A program made the position numbers and the translations under genes. From an uncultured archaeon (GTDB taxonomy: Archaea; Thermoproteota; Nitrososphaeria; Nitrososphaerales; Gagatemarchaeaceae), in NCBI GenBank assembly GCA_963817525.1, contig CAWFOU010000007.1:64001-128000 (forward strand): a DNA stretch of 64,000 bases. Direction: 5' to 3'. The notes under the pieces were generated by a model. That model searched no databases. It was not told the DNA's origin and worked only from the letters and a program-made list of their open reading frames with translations. This document shows, piece by piece, positions 60,339 through 64,000 of the stretch. The first letter of the stretch is position 1. Every line of letters starts with the position of its first letter.

Positions 60339-61436
60339 ATGGCGCGCTTCGAGCACAGGCCAGACTTGAGTCGACCCCCCGTACCACTCCTAGCCGCGCT
60401 TCTCTTCGTCTTTGCCCTTGCGCCCGCCCCCACAAACGCCCAGCTGGCAAGCAACTCGGTCACCCTGGACGTCTACAGCGACGGGACGGCGGCGGTGACG
60501 CAGGTCGTCTCGACCAGCGCGAACGACACTTCGATAAGCCTCCAACTCCTTTCTTCCATAATAGCGAACCCGTTGGTCTTCGACCAGAACGGCTCGGGCC
60601 TCTACTTCCAGATCACCGGGTCGAACATCACGGTCTATACAATCGGCGCGACGGGAGTCACCCTCGAGTACGCCACCACGGCTCTCACTAGCAAGCAGGG
60701 TGCGGTGTGGACGCTTGAGTTCACGACGCAATACAACACCACGGTCGTTTTGCCGCAGCAATCCACCCTCACCTCCGTCTCCGGGACCCCCAGCCAGCTC
60801 TCGACCAGCAACGGGTCCCCGGTGGTGGTCGTCGCACCCGGGACGTGGGTGATCGACTATGGGTTGCCGATCGAGGTCTCTACGACGAGCTCCACCACGA
60901 ATTCTAGCGTCTCTGAAACCAGCTCCGCGTCGACCTCCTCCGCGACTTCAAGCGTCAGCTCGACTGCCTTCCCCATCAGCTCGACTTCGGCTTCCACAGG
61001 TAGTTCAGGGACGGTGGCCGCGAGCTCGAGCGCGAGTTCCTCAGGCCTCGGCCCGGTCGTCACGAGCAATTCCGTGACGACCAACACCAGCTCCGCGAGC
61101 AGCTCTCAATCCTACCTAGAGGCGGCGGCGCTGGTAGTCGTCGCGATGGTCCTCTTGGCGGCGACGTCCATGTTCGTCCTGAGGAGGAGGGGCGCGGCGC
61201 CCGGCCCGCAGGCCTCGGAGCTGAGGCCTGACGATGTCAAGGTGCTCGACTTCATCTCGGAGAAGGGAGGGAAGGTCCTGGAGCCGGAGATCCGCACTCG
61301 CTTCGCCCTCCCGAAGACCTCGGGTTGGAGGCAGATCAAGAGGCTGGAGAGGCTCGGCTACGTCAAAGTGACCAAGATAGGGTCTCAGAACCAGATAGAG
61401 CTCCTGAAGAGGCCACAGGGCGCGCAGTCCGCCTGA
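60339..61436 (+). CDS. Membrane-spanning protein with extracellular domain and C-terminal winged HTH
   Basis: Signal, beta domain, S/T linker, TM, then GGKVLEPEIR...LPKTSGWR.IKRLERLG. Confidence 0.8.
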   Translation: MARFEHRPDLSRPPVPLLAALLFVFALAPAPTNAQLASNSVTLDVYSDGTAAVTQVVSTSANDTSISLQLLSSIIANPLVFDQNGSGLYFQITGSNITVYTIGATGVTLEYATTALTSKQGAVWTLEFTTQYNTTVVLPQQSTLTSVSGTPSQLSTSNGSPVVVVAPGTWVIDYGLPIEVSTTSSTTNSSVSETSSASTSSATSSVSSTAFPISSTSASTGSSGTVAASSSASSSGLGPVVTSNSVTTNTSSASSSQSYLEAAALVVVAMVLLAATSMFVLRRRGAAPGPQASELRPDDVKVLDFISEKGGKVLEPEIRTRFALPKTSGWRQIKRLERLGYVKVTKIGSQNQIELLKRPQGAQSA

Positions 61437-61439
61437 TGC

Positions 61440-63305
61440 CTAGGCTCCGGCCGTCAGCGCGGTAGAGGCCTGGCTCAAGAGCGCGGCCCCTTGCGGCACC
61501 TCTAGCGCGTCGAAGGCCGCTACCGCTTGGGCGATGAGTGACGATGCTGACGCGACCGCTCCCGTCCTTGCGTCGAGGTCAGCGGTGAGGTAGGCAGAGG
61601 CGCTTGACATCGAGTTCGAGGTCGACTGCGACTGAGAGTCAAGCGAGGACACCTGGGAATCCAGGGCCTGGGAGGCGGCCGCGAACGCTGCGATGCTGGT
61701 GCTGAGGAGGGACTGCGAGGATGCCGCGAACCCGGAGGCGAGCTGCGCTTCCGTCTGGAGCGAGGAGGACGCCGATGAGAGCGACCCGAGCGCGGTGGAG
61801 TTGAGGAGTTGGGACTCTGAGGCGTAGACCGAGGAGACGTTCTGCAGGAGGGAGGAGCTCACCTCCCCCTGCGTCGCGGCCTGGACTGCGGTGTTCAGCG
61901 ACGCGATGCTGGAGCTCACAGTCTCCGTGGAGGAATGTGCGGCCTGAAGCGAAGAGGACACTCCACTTGCCCCGGTGCCTACCGTCGTCTCAAGTTGGGT
62001 CAACGTCGTATCCCATGTCCCGAGTGCCGTGATGAGGGGGAAATCGCCCGCGACGATGCCTACCTGGGCCTGAAGCGAGGCGAGCGACGCGGCGAAGGCG
62101 GCAGCCTCCGTCCCTTCCGTATTGCCCAGCGCATAGAAGGTGGCAGCGTAGGCAGAAAACCCGTCCGCGGTCACGCTTGCGATCGAACCTGCCGATGAGC
62201 CCAGACTGGACAGCGAAGAATCGTACGCGCTTTCCGAGGTCTCCGCGGCTGTGGCGTCAGACTGGAGGCCGGACAAGGCACCCGCCGGGAGGGGGAGCGC
62301 GGCGACCGCCTGCGAGAACGATGTTAGGCTCGAAAGGGCACCCGCCAGAGTCGCCTGCTGAGCCGAGATGCTGGTCGTGACCGAGGTCATCGAGACCGAG
62401 GATATGGCGCTCGCCGCGGCTGTGGCCGAGACGGTCACGGCCTGCGAGGTGCTTGACTGCGAGGCGGAGTCGCTCTGGTAGGTCGAGGCGTCGACCCCGA
62501 ACCAGCCGACGAGAGTGCCCTGCAGCTCCGCCGATGCGTTGGCGGCCGCGAGCAGCGAAGCTAGAGGACCGTTGGCGTAGGCTTCGCCCCTCGAAGCGTA
62601 CGTGAAGGGTACGAGAGTGGAGAGCTCGGCATCCGCGCCAGCGATGTCGGCCCTGGCCTGCGATGTGATCCCGGCGAACCCCGCTGTGCTGCTTCCCGGC
62701 GCTCCGGTCTCGACCGCGGCCAGCAGAGAGGCGGCGGAGCTCAGCTCGGCTGTGGCGTTGACTATCCATGATTTCGCCGTGCCGCAGTCCTGCAGGAACT
62801 GGCCCGAGAGGGACGGGCCGACGCTCGTCGAAGCGCAGGTCTCGTCGATGATGGAGGAGACCTCCTGGGTAGAGTCGTTGAGCGAGGCGACGGTTCCTAG
62901 GTCGGCTTGGACGTCCACCGTGGGCGTCAGGCCGGCCTCCTGGATGGACGTCCCGGCGCTTGTGACAGCAGCTGTGAAGTTGCCCATGGCGTCGTGGGCG
63001 TCCTGGATGCCGGCGTCAAGGTCACCCCCTGTGCTGAGCGCAGCCTCGGCGGCGAGGAGGGAGGCGTTTCCGGCCGCGACGAGCGCGGTCTCCGAGGAGA
63101 CGTTCAGGCCACTCGAAGATGCGAGGACGACCGCCCCCTGGGCATAGGTACCCGCCGAGGACGCCACCTGCACGAGCAACTGGAGGCTGGCGGAGTCCGC
63201 CCCGCTCGAGCCTGGCTGGGCCACCACAAAATGATTCGTGAGCATGCCGGCAAGGATGACCACGGACGCCAATATCGCCAGAGTCGGCCTTCTGGTCGTC
63301 CTCAT
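61440..63305 (-). CDS. Secreted Ala/Ser-rich helical protein
   Basis: Signal peptide; long low-complexity helical sequence. Confidence 0.7.
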   Translation of the reverse strand: MRTTRRPTLAILASVVILAGMLTNHFVVAQPGSSGADSASLQLLVQVASSAGTYAQGAVVLASSSGLNVSSETALVAAGNASLLAAEAALSTGGDLDAGIQDAHDAMGNFTAAVTSAGTSIQEAGLTPTVDVQADLGTVASLNDSTQEVSSIIDETCASTSVGPSLSGQFLQDCGTAKSWIVNATAELSSAASLLAAVETGAPGSSTAGFAGITSQARADIAGADAELSTLVPFTYASRGEAYANGPLASLLAAANASAELQGTLVGWFGVDASTYQSDSASQSSTSQAVTVSATAAASAISSVSMTSVTTSISAQQATLAGALSSLTSFSQAVAALPLPAGALSGLQSDATAAETSESAYDSSLSSLGSSAGSIASVTADGFSAYAATFYALGNTEGTEAAAFAASLASLQAQVGIVAGDFPLITALGTWDTTLTQLETTVGTGASGVSSSLQAAHSSTETVSSSIASLNTAVQAATQGEVSSSLLQNVSSVYASESQLLNSTALGSLSSASSSLQTEAQLASGFAASSQSLLSTSIAAFAAASQALDSQVSSLDSQSQSTSNSMSSASAYLTADLDARTGAVASASSLIAQAVAAFDALEVPQGAALLSQASTALTAGA

Positions 63306-63405
63306 GGCACACTATGGACCTCCGGGAAAGATAAGGAACCCTCCTGGAACGCGTGTTCCAAAAGGGAAATCACCCTTGGATGAGAAAAAAGGGGCGGGGA
63401 CGGCC

Positions 63406-64000
63406 CTATTGGGCCGTCACCAGTACGCTTCCGTACGTGTTCGCCCCCATCACGGTGATGAGGTACTGCTGCCCAGGGACTATCCCGGTCAGCTGTATCC
63501 CCACGACCCCGAAGCCGAGGGATATGCTGCCGCTATAGTCCAGGGAGGTCGAAGACCCCGCTGCTAGCAGGGAGCTGTTCCCGCTCAGGAGGACTGCGCC
63601 CTGGAGCGAGTTGGATGCCTGCAGCGACCCCGCCGAGTTCACGGTGAAGATGGCCGAGCCGGACATCGACGCCGGGAGGGTTGCTGTCGCCACGACGCTG
63701 CCGGACGAGACCGGGGTGATGACGATGGTCTGGATGTGGGCCGAGTCGTTGCCGGTGTTCTTCAGCTGCAGGTCGAGGGACCCGCTCGTGAGTGTGGCCG
63801 AGGAGATGGTGACGTTGGTGGAGGTCTGGTCCTGGAAGCCCACCCACCAGCTGCCCTGTAGCTGCGTCTGGGCGCCTACCTGGAGGGAGGCCGAGGCCAC
63901 CTCGCTAGGCGGGACCGTGGTCGCCTTGGCGCACGCGGAGAAGACGAACTGTGGGTTCGTGGAGCTCCCCGTGTTCATGACGAAGGTCCGGAGGTCGACC
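63406..64000 (-). CDS. Extracellular beta-rich protein (5' end outside window)
   Basis: Open frame to window edge; S/T/G-rich beta pattern. Confidence 0.6.
   Translation of the reverse strand, partial: VDLRTFVMNTGSSTNPQFVFSACAKATTVPPSEVASASLQVGAQTQLQGSWWVGFQDQTSTNVTISSATLTSGSLDLQLKNTGNDSAHIQTIVITPVSSGSVVATATLPASMSGSAIFTVNSAGSLQASNSLQGAVLLSGNSSLLAAGSSTSLDYSGSISLGFGVVGIQLTGIVPGQQYLITVMGANTYGSVLVTAQ

Overview
Archaeal chromosomal window, most likely a high-GC Nitrososphaerota (thaumarchaeal) lineage, judged from topoisomerase IB, the exosome/proteasome superoperon and an intron-containing tRNA. It has three parts. (1) 1-3.9 kb: tRNA-Gly(CCC), queD/queC and an ABC transporter. (2) About 4.0-39.2 kb: a visibly lower-GC, decaying island bounded by a 14-bp direct repeat and ending in a tyrosine integrase. 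It holds three TA modules, an IS6 element with target-site duplication, tRNA 3'-end relics and several palindrome/iteron arrays. Its most striking content is about nine co-oriented cassettes of secreted G1-glutamic-peptidase-like or thermopsin-like protein plus a membrane-anchored partner. Seven of these sit behind a promoter with 12-bp-periodic hexamer boxes, most with an EarA-family activator gene or remnant upstream. (3) 39.3-64 kb: core genes (FolE2/MptA-type GTP cyclohydrolase, aIF1A, DEAD-box helicase, XPF, ECF transporter, prefoldin, exosome, proteasome alpha, JAMM, topoisomerase IB). This part also has an intein-containing endonuclease IV and an unannotated ~350-nt structured RNA candidate with a possible RNase P RNA-like topology. 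All family calls come from manual motif recognition; no database searches were run.
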